32,000 nucleotides of DNA from Sutcliffiella rhizosphaerae (lineage in GTDB: Bacteria; Bacillota; Bacilli; Bacillales; Bacillaceae_I), in assembly GCF_917563925.1 (NCBI RefSeq), contig NZ_CAKJTJ010000009.1:77118-109117 (forward strand). The letters run 5' to 3'. Positions within the stretch are counted from its first letter, which is position 1. The number at the start of each line of letters is the position of its first letter. A model generated the notes under the pieces. It worked only from the letters and a program-made list of their open reading frames with translations. It was not told where the DNA came from and ran no database searches. Positions 11,643 through 21,977 of this stretch are shown piece after piece. Position numbers and translations under genes: made by a program.

Positions 11643-12344
11643 TTAGTTGTCTTTTCTATTTTTAACAGCAGTCACTGTTTTAAGGGCCTCAGGTAAGTTA
11701 TCATACACGACATTCCCCACGACAATGGTATCAGCATAAGCAGCCATTTCTTTGGCACGTTCAGCGGTTGTAATTCCACCACCGTAAAATAGCCGTGTCT
11801 TTTCGAGCGTTTGCTTCGTCGCTTGAACCATTTCTGGGTCGCCATACCTACCACTATATTCTAAGTAAAAGACCGGTAGATTAAACATTCTCTCTGCCAA
11901 TCTTGCATATGCAATCACATCTTCTTTCGAGAGGTTCGTGTTCGCCTCTGTCAGTTTAGCCGCTTTGCAATCCTCGTTCAAGATGCAATAGCCTTCTGCC
12001 ACAATTTCCTCCCAGTTCATAATATCTCCGAATTCTTTTAGGGCTTCTATATGCAGATCGACTACCCAGTCAGTCTTACGGCTGTTCAAGACACTTGGGA
12101 TAAAATAAAAATCAAATCCAGGTGTGACAGATTCAATATTAGAAACTTCCAATGCACAAGGCAAGGAGTATCTGCGCACCCTGCTCATCAAGCTCAGCAC
12201 ATTATCTAATGTAACGCCGTCTGTCCCGCCAACAAGTATAGCATCTGTCCCAGACTCGCACACCAGCTCCAAATCTTCGTCCGAAATTTCCTTATTTGGA
12301 TCCAATTTAAAAACGTGCTGCCACTCGCCTACTTCCATTAACAC
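11643..12344 (-). CDS. pcrB: Heptaprenylglyceryl phosphate synthase
   Basis: [24 protein letters not shown] and FYLEYSG motifs match PcrB, and the gene lies upstream of pcrA. GTG start at 12344; an alternative ATG lies two codons in. Confidence 0.9.
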   Translation of the reverse strand: MLMEVGEWQHVFKLDPNKEISDEDLELVCESGTDAILVGGTDGVTLDNVLSLMSRVRRYSLPCALEVSNIESVTPGFDFYFIPSVLNSRKTDWVVDLHIEALKEFGDIMNWEEIVAEGYCILNEDCKAAKLTEANTNLSKEDVIAYARLAERMFNLPVFYLEYSGRYGDPEMVQATKQTLEKTRLFYGGGITTAERAKEMAAYADTIVVGNVVYDNLPEALKTVTAVKNRKDN

Positions 12345-12610
12345 TGCAAACTTCCCCCATTCTATTTTACCATTCCTCTATTATAGCAAAATCGGCTAGA
12401 ATACGAAAAAGAGAAAGGAAGAATGTTTGCTGGAAGTTAGGACCTTTTTTGGGATGAGGAGGTGCGGGATGAAGAGTAAGAGATTTTGGCTGGGGGCAGG
12501 GTTGCGGTGGAAACTAATCGTGCATGTGAGGCCGTGGGGGGAGAAAGTTGTGACACGAGTATTCAATAGGCTACACGTTGTGGCGGGTGAAGGTTGTTGG
12601 AATTTGTAGA

Positions 12611-12672
12611 TTCGTCAATATCTTGTCGGGACCGTCGATATTCCATGCGTTTTCGTCGATATTATGGTGGGA
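12611..12672. repeat. Tandem array C: 3 units of 21, 20 and 21 bp
   Basis: Units are ttcgtcaatatcttgtcggga, ccgtcgatattccatgcgtt and ttcgtcgatattatggtggga. On the minus strand the core reads RATATCGACGAA, which is related to the cores of arrays B and E. Confidence 0.65.
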
Positions 12673-12888
12673 CTCCGTTTCTAAACTCCACTTTCCTCCT
12701 TTTTTTACCTGAAACAGCATGTGACCCCCATTTTTTGAAAAGGAACACGAAGCATTTATCCACCTGGACCTCCCCGACCAGTTTTAAGCCCTCATTCAAT
12801 GGGTATTTAGTTCTATATATCATGGTTTTTCTCTAAAGTTGCATAAACAAGGTTTTCGAGAATATGCTTTGATGAGGAGGTGTCCAGA

Positions 12889-13047
12889 ATGCCTGTATGG
12901 CTCTGGTTTCTAATTGGTTTTGCCATTTTGCTAGCTTTTGGTGCTATAGTTGATTATTTTGGAAAAAGAAAAAGAAGTGTTGATCCAAGTGCAGTGCATA
13001 AAGACGTCGACCAAATGAGGTCTAAGCATGAATCCAATTACCGATAA
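12889..13047 (+). CDS. Small (52 aa) single-pass membrane protein, hypothetical
   Basis: Not in the ORF track, which appears to list only ORFs of 60 aa or more. The SD GAGGAGGTG lies 6 nt before the ATG. Translation: MPVWLWFLIGFAILLAFGAIVDYFGKRKRSVDPSAVHKDVDQMRSKHESNYR. It has one TM helix, then a basic tail, and is followed directly by a strong terminator. Confidence 0.6.
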   Translation: MPVWLWFLIGFAILLAFGAIVDYFGKRKRSVDPSAVHKDVDQMRSKHESNYR

Positions 13048-13052
13048 ATATG

Positions 13053-13095
13053 AAGAAGGTGGGTCACAGAATATGTGTTACCCACCTTCTTTTTA
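13053..13095. terminator. Terminator hairpin between the convergent small CDS (+) and the yerC-like gene (-)
   Basis: Perfect 12-bp stem aagaaggtgggt (13053-13064) / acccaccttctt (13080-13091), with a T-run on the plus side and a weaker U-rich tract on the minus side. Confidence 0.8.
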
Positions 13096-13112
13096 TATGC
13101 ACTTTCGCAAAA

Positions 13113-13424
13113 TTATAATTCCTTCGCCTTTTTCTCTTCTGCAACACGCTCTAGTGCCATTTCGTACGCATCATTTCCATAATTTAGGCAACGCTTTACG
13201 CGCGAGATGGTTGCTGTGCTTGCTCCTGTTTCTGTTTCGATTTTATGATAGGTAAACCCTTCGCGAAGCATTCTTGCTACTTCTAAGCGCTGTGCAAGCG
13301 ATTGAATTTCATTGATGGTACAGAGGTCATCAAAAAATCGATAGCATTCTTCGATATCTTTTAGTGAGAGGACAGATTCAAAAAGTTGATCCAGTTCTTT
13401 TCCTCGTAATTTGTTGATTTGCAT
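13113..13424 (-). CDS. yerC: YerC/YecD-family TrpR-like DNA-binding protein
   Basis: 103-aa ORF with the characteristic motif (RLEVARML..G.TY..I...TGASTATISRVKR). Its syntenic position is between the yerB-like gene and pcrB. The SD AAAGGAG lies 8 nt upstream. Confidence 0.8.
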   Translation of the reverse strand: MQINKLRGKELDQLFESVLSLKDIEECYRFFDDLCTINEIQSLAQRLEVARMLREGFTYHKIETETGASTATISRVKRCLNYGNDAYEMALERVAEEKKAKEL

Positions 13425-13450
13425 AGTGTATTCTCCTTTTTTTAGTAGGA

Positions 13451-14467
13451 CTAGTAAGATACAATATTCAGATTAGGAACGACTTGAATCCAGGTTTTCC
13501 CTGGAGCTAATGGTACTTGCTGCCCGTTTGCAAAAGGAAGGATTTTACCTTCCGCCATTTTCCATTCCAGGTCGTAGCGTATCCCTTTTTGGATGAGCAC
13601 CGCTTGACCGCCACTTTCAATATCTATAAATCTTCTTCCCTGTTTATCTAAAACAGTATGTTCTGTTTCCACGATTAAGATGTTAGCCGCAGATATCTCT
13701 TCCAATGTATCTAGGTCAGTCAGTTTTTCTCCTGCACTATACCTTACGTAATGATCATTTGTATGATTATATTTATATTCAACATGTGTCGTTTGTCTGG
13801 ATGAGTATTCTATTTTCACATAGTCAGTAGTGGTGCCATTTAAGTCGTTTGTCTCCTCTTCTTTCAAAAATAAAAGTGGAGGGACGGTTGCTTCAAGTGA
13901 GTAGTTTAGCATGGTAGCACCTTTTTCTATATTCTCTGAGGTAATATAGGAATTATGTGGTGCTTTGCGGAAACTCGCTCGGTTGAAAAGAGTTCCATCG
14001 TAAGATAAGCCATTGATTCCGTCTACTTCGCCTGCTTCTATTTTTTCTTTGGCAGCAGGACTCCACCCATGAAAGACATAAAGGGCATTATATCCTTTTG
14101 TTAAATCGACAAAGTAGTCCCTTGCACTTCTAACTGGGCCGACTGTGTCTGGTAATTCGCTATGGAAAATGGCAAGAAATCTCGTGATGTCTCCTTCTGC
14201 AAGGATTTCATAAACAATATCTGCTTTGTGTAGCCCAGATTGAGGTCTTGCTTTTTCGTCATTGTTGACCATAACAGCAAATGGTCTAGTATCTTTTTTT
14301 ATTTCTGTTATTTCCCCAGATAGTGGTGCACGTTCTACTTGTGCAACATTTTCGGTGACCTCATCTCGTTGGTCTCCTTGTGAGGGTTCATTCCGTGAAT
14401 CGTCTGACTGACAACCTACTAGCATGATCGCCAGTGCGACCATAACTAACAATTTCTTATTACCCAT
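13451..14467 (-). CDS. yerB: DUF3048-family lipoprotein (YerB-like)
   Basis: Signal peptide with lipobox (AIMLVGCQ). Size and position match B. subtilis yerB. The family call rests on synteny plus general similarity and was not searched. Confidence 0.65.
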   Translation of the reverse strand: MGNKKLLVMVALAIMLVGCQSDDSRNEPSQGDQRDEVTENVAQVERAPLSGEITEIKKDTRPFAVMVNNDEKARPQSGLHKADIVYEILAEGDITRFLAIFHSELPDTVGPVRSARDYFVDLTKGYNALYVFHGWSPAAKEKIEAGEVDGINGLSYDGTLFNRASFRKAPHNSYITSENIEKGATMLNYSLEATVPPLLFLKEEETNDLNGTTTDYVKIEYSSRQTTHVEYKYNHTNDHYVRYSAGEKLTDLDTLEEISAANILIVETEHTVLDKQGRRFIDIESGGQAVLIQKGIRYDLEWKMAEGKILPFANGQQVPLAPGKTWIQVVPNLNIVSY

Positions 14468-14513
14468 CCTTTAACACACACAACCTTTAGTAAGTTTCAT
14501 TTACTTTTATATT

Positions 14514-16259
14514 TTAACGCATTATTGACGGAAAGAGTACCGTTTTATTCATAACATCGTAGATTCCCCTTGGGGTTATTCTTATATAAGGTAGATGTGT
14601 GGATGATAAAAACAGTAAAGTATAGACTGGATCTCCAAATGGGTACCCTCTATCAAAAAGATGTTGCCGCAGCTCTGATTCTTGGTTCATCAGTTCTTCC
14701 ATTTTACAATTTGACATTCCACCTGCAAGCGGTAATGGAATTTCACTGACGACTCCCCCATTCTCAACGAGCACCATGCCTCCTCCTATTTCTTTCATGC
14801 GTTGGAAGGCCTGTAGCATTGATTGCTTATCTTTGCCGATAAGTACGATGTCTCCTGTATTGGAATAAGAGCTTGCGAATCCTTCTACATGAGTTCCAAA
14901 TCCTTTAAGGATGGTGTTGACCCTCCATCTTCCGGCCCTGTCCACTAACATTAAGAATGATTCATCATGGTCTGTCGATAATCGGTCCATCGCTACATCT
15001 ACAGTAACAGTATATGGTTTGATAATAACTTCGTTGACCATTTCCATTCCAAGTGCCATAGAAAATTGAAGGTCATCTATCGATAGCTCCCATTCAAGCT
15101 TCAATGACCCAAGACCAAGTGCAGACCAATCCTGTTCAGAGAAAGCTTCTTCCTGAACCGCCCCATCCTTTGTCACCCATCTTCCTTTGGAGAGGACAGA
15201 CACTGGTGTCGGTTTTTCCTTTGCTTCAAGGAAATTGATATTGGCAATTCTTCCAGGTGCTATGCTGCCATGATATTTTTCCATGTAGAAGTGGGTAGCA
15301 ACATTTAAGGTTGCCATCCTGTATGCTTCTACAAGTGGTACCCCTTTATCAAGAGCTATTGCAATTGCACGGTCGATAACACCGTTCTCATAAAAACTTG
15401 GGGTGGAGCCATCTGTATTAAAAAAGGTTTGGTCATAGTAATATACGCCCGATGCCTCTAGTTCTTCTAGTATAAGAGGTAAGTCCGGCCTTATGGATGA
15501 ATAGCGAAGAGAAGCATGATACCCTTGGGAAATGCGCTTTATCACATCTGCCCCATTCATCGCCTCATGGTCACTGCTAATTCCAAGCAGCTGCATTTTG
15601 GTCAGTGTTTTTTCCGATGCACCAGGAAAATGCCCTTCAACTGGTTTTTTTCTTGCATTTGCCTCTTGGACCCAATGGAGGATAAAATCATCACCGTCCA
15701 ATAATTTCGGCCAGCTTGTCAATTCTCCCCCTTGCATTACAAGTGGATGGTTTAACCAACTTTTTAGATTCCTTGTAGAAAACACTTCTTCATCATTTCG
15801 GATTTCTGTTTGCCCATCAAATCGGCACCACCAATACATCGTAGCTACTGTCTCGTTCATTTTTTCAATAAAAGAAAACGCTTTCTTTTTTGTCATTTGC
15901 AAAGTAAGCATTAAATTATCATTAACGAATGTTGTTGTTCCCGTTTTCGATGCATATTGTGCAAAAGAAAGGGGATTATAAAGTTGAAATGGATGAACAT
16001 GCGGCTCTATGTAGCCTGGCACCAGGTAGTATGATTGGCAATCAACTATCTCCGTACCTTTCGTATCGGAAGGAAATTGGTCTCCTACATAAATGATCCG
16101 GTCTTCGTAGATCCAAATGTTTGCCTTAAGCCATATTTTCATCTGTACGTTTAAGTAGGTAGCATTCGTAAGAACGATGGTCGGTGTAACAGAACCATCT
16201 ATAACAGCAATCTGTTCCCGGATTTTTTTACTTTTCCATCTATATGATTGTTCATGCAT
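14514..16259 (-). CDS. yerA: Adenine deaminase-related amidohydrolase (YerA-like)
   Basis: About 580 aa with an amidohydrolase metal-binding signature (EPHVHP). It sits next to purD, as yerA does in B. subtilis. The track start is GTG at 16268. The ATG at 16259 (MHEQS) is better placed relative to GGTGA. Confidence 0.75.
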   Translation of the reverse strand: MHEQSYRWKSKKIREQIAVIDGSVTPTIVLTNATYLNVQMKIWLKANIWIYEDRIIYVGDQFPSDTKGTEIVDCQSYYLVPGYIEPHVHPFQLYNPLSFAQYASKTGTTTFVNDNLMLTLQMTKKKAFSFIEKMNETVATMYWWCRFDGQTEIRNDEEVFSTRNLKSWLNHPLVMQGGELTSWPKLLDGDDFILHWVQEANARKKPVEGHFPGASEKTLTKMQLLGISSDHEAMNGADVIKRISQGYHASLRYSSIRPDLPLILEELEASGVYYYDQTFFNTDGSTPSFYENGVIDRAIAIALDKGVPLVEAYRMATLNVATHFYMEKYHGSIAPGRIANINFLEAKEKPTPVSVLSKGRWVTKDGAVQEEAFSEQDWSALGLGSLKLEWELSIDDLQFSMALGMEMVNEVIIKPYTVTVDVAMDRLSTDHDESFLMLVDRAGRWRVNTILKGFGTHVEGFASSYSNTGDIVLIGKDKQSMLQAFQRMKEIGGGMVLVENGGVVSEIPLPLAGGMSNCKMEELMNQESELRQHLFDRGYPFGDPVYTLLFLSSTHLPYIRITPRGIYDVMNKTVLFPSIMR

Positions 16260-16417
16260 GCTCTTCACCCATTCTTATCAGGTTATTTCAGGTTAATCGT
16301 AAATATTATCGTGATATAACCTCTTTTTACCATGTTACCATATCAAAGTTATCGATGCATTACAGAACTGATAATTATGTGAAAATTTTATTAATTTACA
16401 TTAATGGAGGGTACACA

Positions 16418-16735
16418 ATGAAAATACGACCTAATATTGGCCTTATCAACGCACTTATCCGAATAACAGCAGGCTTTGCCACACTTGCCTGGATAACGAG
16501 CAAAATGGTTAGGCGCCCCCATCGCGATTCCTATAAAGTGGTCGCATTGCTGGCAGGGATGAAAATTGCTGAAGGCCTGTTGCGTTATTGTCCACTTACA
16601 GCTGGGTTTGAGAGATTGCAGGATTACCGCAATGAACATAATGATGCAAACAATCATTACGATTTTAATTTTGATGATTTTGAAACAGACGGGGATGCTG
16701 AAGGTGAAGGTACGGAATCCTATAATCCTAGCTAA
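16418..16735 (+). CDS. YgaP-like/DUF2892 small membrane protein with an acidic C-terminal tail
   Basis: The SD GGAGGG lies 7 nt before the ATG at 16418, whereas the track ORF begins far upstream at 16244. The protein has a hydrophobic hairpin and a GLLRYCPL motif typical of DUF2892. The tail is rich in D, E and N. Confidence 0.55.
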   Translation: MKIRPNIGLINALIRITAGFATLAWITSKMVRRPHRDSYKVVALLAGMKIAEGLLRYCPLTAGFERLQDYRNEHNDANNHYDFNFDDFETDGDAEGEGTESYNPS

Positions 16736-16760
16736 GAATGGCGCTAGATCATTAAAAAAA

Positions 16761-16792
16761 CCTTTGGGAGAGTCCTTCCCAAAGGCTTTTCT
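16761..16792 (+). terminator. Rho-independent terminator after the DUF2892 gene
   Basis: Stem cctttggga (16761-16769) / tcccaaagg (16777-16785) followed by CTTTTCT. Confidence 0.7.
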
Positions 16793-16818
16793 ACTATATT
16801 CAAAAAGGAGGCACTCAA

Positions 16819-18217
<1,399 letters not shown>

Positions 18218-18224
18218 TTATTTT

Positions 18225-18470
18225 TGTTACCGTGATTCGGACAAATTTAACTGGGATTTGGACAAACCGGTTGGTGTGTCGGACATTTATACTGGGATTT
18301 CGTTAGCGGTATAGGTTTCGGACATTTATCCCAGGAATTCAAATATATCTGCATGTATTTTGGTCATACCTTGGGGATTCGGGCTTATTTCCAAGTAATT
18401 CAGACATTCACCATGAATTTCGGACATATCGGCAACTTTTTCGGACATAGCTCCATGAATTTCGGACAAA
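18225..18470. repeat. Tandem array D: about 12 units, 21-bp period, inside the purH|purD gap
   Basis: 8-nt cores (ttcggaca and variants) start at 18236, 18257, 18278, 18299, 18317, 18338, 18359, 18378, 18399, 18419, 18440 and 18461. Spacings are 21, 21, 21, 18, 21, 21, 19, 21, 20, 21, 21. On the minus (pur-sense) strand the core reads ATGTCCGAAA. Confidence 0.9.
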
Positions 18471-18516
18471 CTGACTTCATCTGTCTGTCTCTACCTCAAG
18501 ACCGCCCCGCCCCATA

Positions 18517-20046
18517 TCAATGTTTAAAATGTCTCATACCAGTAAACACCATTGTGATGCCATATTCATCTGCTTTTTTGATGGAATCCTCATCTTTAAT
18601 AGAACCACCAGGCTGGATGATTGCTGTCACGCCAGCTTTTGCAGCAGCTTCCACCGTATCATTCATTGGGAAGAATGCGTCAGATCCAAGGGCAGAGCCT
18701 ATTCCTTTATCGCCAGCTTGCTCAATCGCAATTTTTGCTGCACCGACACGATTCATTTGACCAGCGCCGACTCCTACTGTTTGACCGTCTTTTGCAAGAA
18801 CAATTGCATTGGACTTCACATGCTTCACCACTTTCCAAGCAAGCTTCAAGTCTGCCCATTCTTTTTCGGTCGGTTCTCGTTTTGTTGGAATGGTTACTTC
18901 CGCTTGCTCTAGGCCAGCCTGGTCCTCATCCTGCACTAACAGACCGCCTCGAACAGAGACAATGCGTGATGTTTTTGCGTTTTCTCCTCCCATATCAACA
19001 ACTAAGAGGCGAAGGTTTTTCTTTTGCTTTAAGACTGTTAATGCCTCTTCCGTAAAGGCAGGGGCAATGATGATTTCTAAAAATAATTCATGTAATAATT
19101 CAGCTGTTTCCTTGTCCACTTCTGTGTTAAAAGCGATGATTCCCCCAAAGATGGAGATGGGATCTGCTTCATACGCTCGGCGGTATGCCTCCACCACACT
19201 TGCCCCAGTTCCAACTCCACATGGGTTCATATGCTTTACTGCTACAGCAGCAGGATCTTTAAACTCTTTTACAATCTGAAGAGCTGTATCTGCATCATTG
19301 ATATTGTTGTATGAAAGCTCTTTGCCGTGAAGCTGTTCAGCAGATGCGATGGAAAAATCAGATGTTACAGCTGTTTGGTAAAATGCCGCCTGCTGGTGTG
19401 GATTTTCTCCATAACGTAATCCTTGCTTTTTCTCAAACGTAACAGTAAATGACTCGGGGTGCTTTTCTTCCACCGCTTCAGTTAAGTAGTTTGAAATCAT
19501 TGCGTCATATGCTGCAGTGTGGCGAAATACCTTTGCTGCTAAGCGACGACGAGTTGCGACTGCTACCTTTCCGCTTTCTTTTAGCTCAGAAACAACATCT
19601 TCATAATCGGCAGGATCCACTAGTACAGTTACATCTTTATGGTTTTTTGCTGCTGCACGAAGCATCGTTGGACCACCGATATCAATATTTTCAATGGCAT
19701 CTTCAAAGGTTGAGTCAGCTTTAGAGATGGTTTCTTTAAATGGATAGAGGTTTACTACCACTAAGTCAATAGGTGTTATCCCATGTTCACTTAACTGAGC
19801 TTGGTGGCTTTCATTGTCACGCATCGCTAGTAACCCACCGTGAATCATTGGATGCAACGTCTTTACGCGACCGTCTAAAATTTCAGGAAAGGTTGTAACA
19901 TCAGAAATTCCGATAACCTGCACTCCGCTCTCCTGTAAAACCTTTTTCGTTCCGCCAGTAGAAATGACTTCTACACCTAATTCAACCAATTGCTTTACAA
20001 ATGGGACAATGCCCTCTTTATTAGAAACGCTTACTATTGCTCTCAT
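18517..20046 (-). CDS. purH: Bifunctional AICAR transformylase / IMP cyclohydrolase
   Basis: 509 aa with an MGS-like N-terminus (ALVSVSNK-type, STGGT). The start overlaps the purN stop (ATGA). Confidence 0.95.
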   Translation of the reverse strand: MRAIVSVSNKEGIVPFVKQLVELGVEVISTGGTKKVLQESGVQVIGISDVTTFPEILDGRVKTLHPMIHGGLLAMRDNESHQAQLSEHGITPIDLVVVNLYPFKETISKADSTFEDAIENIDIGGPTMLRAAAKNHKDVTVLVDPADYEDVVSELKESGKVAVATRRRLAAKVFRHTAAYDAMISNYLTEAVEEKHPESFTVTFEKKQGLRYGENPHQQAAFYQTAVTSDFSIASAEQLHGKELSYNNINDADTALQIVKEFKDPAAVAVKHMNPCGVGTGASVVEAYRRAYEADPISIFGGIIAFNTEVDKETAELLHELFLEIIIAPAFTEEALTVLKQKKNLRLLVVDMGGENAKTSRIVSVRGGLLVQDEDQAGLEQAEVTIPTKREPTEKEWADLKLAWKVVKHVKSNAIVLAKDGQTVGVGAGQMNRVGAAKIAIEQAGDKGIGSALGSDAFFPMNDTVEAAAKAGVTAIIQPGGSIKDEDSIKKADEYGITMVFTGMRHFKH

Positions 20047-20633
20047 TTTATGACTGCCTCTCCTTTGTTTGCAAAAATTTGTTGTAAGGTTTTCGGGTAA
20101 AATGTATGCTCTGTTTTGTGAATTTTCTTTTCTAGTGATTCTTTCGTTTCGTCAGGATCTACTGTTATTGCTTCCTGAGCAATAATCGGACCTGTATCCA
20201 TGCCCTCGTCCACAAAATGAATCGTTACCCCTGTCAATTTCACTCCATAAGACAATGCCTGTCCCACTGCGTCAAGTCCTGGAAAAGCAGGTAATAAAGA
20301 TGGATGTATGTTGACGATTCTCCCTTTATACGCATCCAGCAAAGTTGGACCTATTAATCTCATATAACCAGCGAGGATGATAAACTCTACCTCGTAACTC
20401 TTTAACTCACTCAGAATATGTTTTTCAAATTCTTGTTTACTTGAATAGCTTTTTGGTGCAAAGGTGAAATACGGTATATCTAAGGATGTAGCACGTTCCA
20501 CTACAAATGCACCAGGCTTATCACATACGAGTAAAGCAGGAGTGGCATCAAGCAATTCATTCCGGCAAGCATCCACTAACGCCTGAAAGTTAGAGCCACT
20601 TCCTGAAGCAAAGATGGCTATTCTTGTTGTCAT
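20043..20633 (-). CDS. purN: Phosphoribosylglycinamide formyltransferase
   Basis: 196 aa with [20 protein letters not shown] and the catalytic D of the formyltransferase fold. It overlaps both purM and purH. Confidence 0.95.
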   Translation of the reverse strand: MTTRIAIFASGSGSNFQALVDACRNELLDATPALLVCDKPGAFVVERATSLDIPYFTFAPKSYSSKQEFEKHILSELKSYEVEFIILAGYMRLIGPTLLDAYKGRIVNIHPSLLPAFPGLDAVGQALSYGVKLTGVTIHFVDEGMDTGPIIAQEAITVDPDETKESLEKKIHKTEHTFYPKTLQQIFANKGEAVIK

Positions 20634-21661
20634 CTCATTTCTCCTCCACCAAAGGTGATCCCCTCACCCTCTTTTACACGTCCGATAAGATAAGCTTTCT
20701 CACCGTTACTCTCTAAAATTTTTACCACATCTTGCAAAATTTCTTCGTTGATTGCTAAGACCATTCCAATTCCCATGTTGAAAATATTGAACATTTCTTT
20801 GCGTTCTAGCTCTCCAAACTCTTGAAGTAAATCAAAGATTGGCGGCATTGGCCAAGTACCGTAATCTATTTCTGCTTGTAGTCCTTCTGGTAGCATGCGG
20901 GGGATATTTTCAATGAAACCTCCACCCGTCACGTGTGCCATTCCGTTTATCGTATGTTTTTTCAAAACCTCTAAGATAGGTTTTACATAAATTTTCGTTG
21001 GTGTAAGAAGTGCTTCACCAAGTGTACTTGCTAATCCAGGATATTTTTTATTTAAATCCAAATTGGCGACAATTTTTCGTACAAGGGAGTATCCATTGCT
21101 GTGAATTCCGCTTGAGCTAAGACCGATTAGGACATTTCCTGCTTGGATGTTAGCTCCTGTAATAAGGCGCTCTTTCTCCACTACCCCAACGGTAAACCCA
21201 GCTAGATCATATTCGCTTTCGTCATACATACCAGGCATTTCCGCTGTTTCGCCACCTATCAAAGCACAGCCTGCTTGTTCGCAACCTTCTGCAATTCCTT
21301 TTACTATGTTTTCGATTCGTTCTGGGACAGCTTTTCCGCACGCAATGTAATCGAGAAAATAAAGTGGTTCAGCTCCTTGAACAACCACATCGTTGACACA
21401 CATCGCAACTGCATCCATCCCAATAGTGTGGTGCTTATCGAGTTGGAATGCTAGCATCAGCTTTGTTCCCACACCATCTGTTCCAGATACGAGAACTGGA
21501 TTTTTCACATTTACTGCCGAAAGATCAAACAAGCCTCCGAAGCCACCAAGTCCACCCATTACTTCTGGTCTCATCGTTTTTGCCACATGTTTTTTCATAC
21601 GGTCTACTGCCTCATACCCAGCTTCTATATCTACACCTGCTTGCTTGTATGCATTTGCCAT
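20630..21661 (-). CDS. purM: Phosphoribosylformylglycinamidine cyclo-ligase (AIR synthetase)
   Basis: The sequence [19 protein letters not shown] matches the PurM N-terminus. The track ORF starts at a TTG at 21676 that lies inside the SD GGGAGGG, so the ATG at 21661 is the likely start (343 aa). Confidence 0.95.
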   Translation of the reverse strand: MANAYKQAGVDIEAGYEAVDRMKKHVAKTMRPEVMGGLGGFGGLFDLSAVNVKNPVLVSGTDGVGTKLMLAFQLDKHHTIGMDAVAMCVNDVVVQGAEPLYFLDYIACGKAVPERIENIVKGIAEGCEQAGCALIGGETAEMPGMYDESEYDLAGFTVGVVEKERLITGANIQAGNVLIGLSSSGIHSNGYSLVRKIVANLDLNKKYPGLASTLGEALLTPTKIYVKPILEVLKKHTINGMAHVTGGGFIENIPRMLPEGLQAEIDYGTWPMPPIFDLLQEFGELERKEMFNIFNMGIGMVLAINEEILQDVVKILESNGEKAYLIGRVKEGEGITFGGGEMR

Positions 21662-21679
21662 ATGTGTCCCTCCCAATAG

Positions 21680-21716
21680 AAAAGCGACGAATATATAAAT
21701 CCCCGCCGCTTTTTTT
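21680..21716 (-). other. Terminator-like hairpin between array E and the purM SD
   Basis: The minus-strand RNA reads AAAAGCGGCG, a 14-nt loop, CGUCGCUUUU (one G-U pair), then CUAUU. It ends about 6 nt before the purM SD. The plus-strand version carries a T7 run. Confidence 0.35.
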
Positions 21717-21752
21717 GTTTGTGATTTTCTTTCTAGGTTTATTAATGATGTT

Positions 21753-21920
21753 GAATGACCGTTTGCTTATATTCGGGTCCTTTTCGATGGGCAGACCCGC
21801 CTTTTCGATATTTTCGTGCGGGTTTTTGATATTTTGGACACGTTTTTGGATATTTTCGTATCGCTTTTAGATATTTTATGGACCTTTTTCGATATATTCA
21901 TCCGCTATTTCGATATTTTC
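21753..21920. repeat. Tandem array E: 8 units of exactly 21 bp inside the purF|purM gap
   Basis: Cores (tttgctta, ttcgatgg, ttcgatat, tttgatat, ttggatat, ttagatat, ttcgatat, ttcgatat) start at 21762, 21783, 21804, 21825, 21846, 21867, 21888 and 21909. On the minus (pur-sense) strand the unit is GAAAATATCGAAAA+N7. Confidence 0.92.
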
Positions 21921-21977
21921 AAAAATCCCGGCTTATTTCTTTTCTGTTGTCAATGAGCAATTATCACCCAATAGCCC

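Noticed and set aside
12451-12540. A G-quadruplex in the G-rich island
   Set aside because: The G3+ runs are separated by loops of 12-23 nt, so the canonical G3N1-7 pattern is not met. At best a weak two-tetrad structure is possible.
18326-18469. 47-codon minus-strand frame (LSEIHGA MSEKVAD MSEIHGE ...) and the 135-aa plus ORF 18353-18760 over array D
   Set aside because: No SD precedes any candidate start. The plus ORF continues antisense into purH. Frames stay open only because unit length is a multiple of 3.
21393-21870. Plus-strand ORFs 21393-21698 and 21448-21870 across purM 5' and array E
   Set aside because: They run antisense to purM and then through the repeat, giving low-complexity F/S/I-rich heptads. 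They have no SD.
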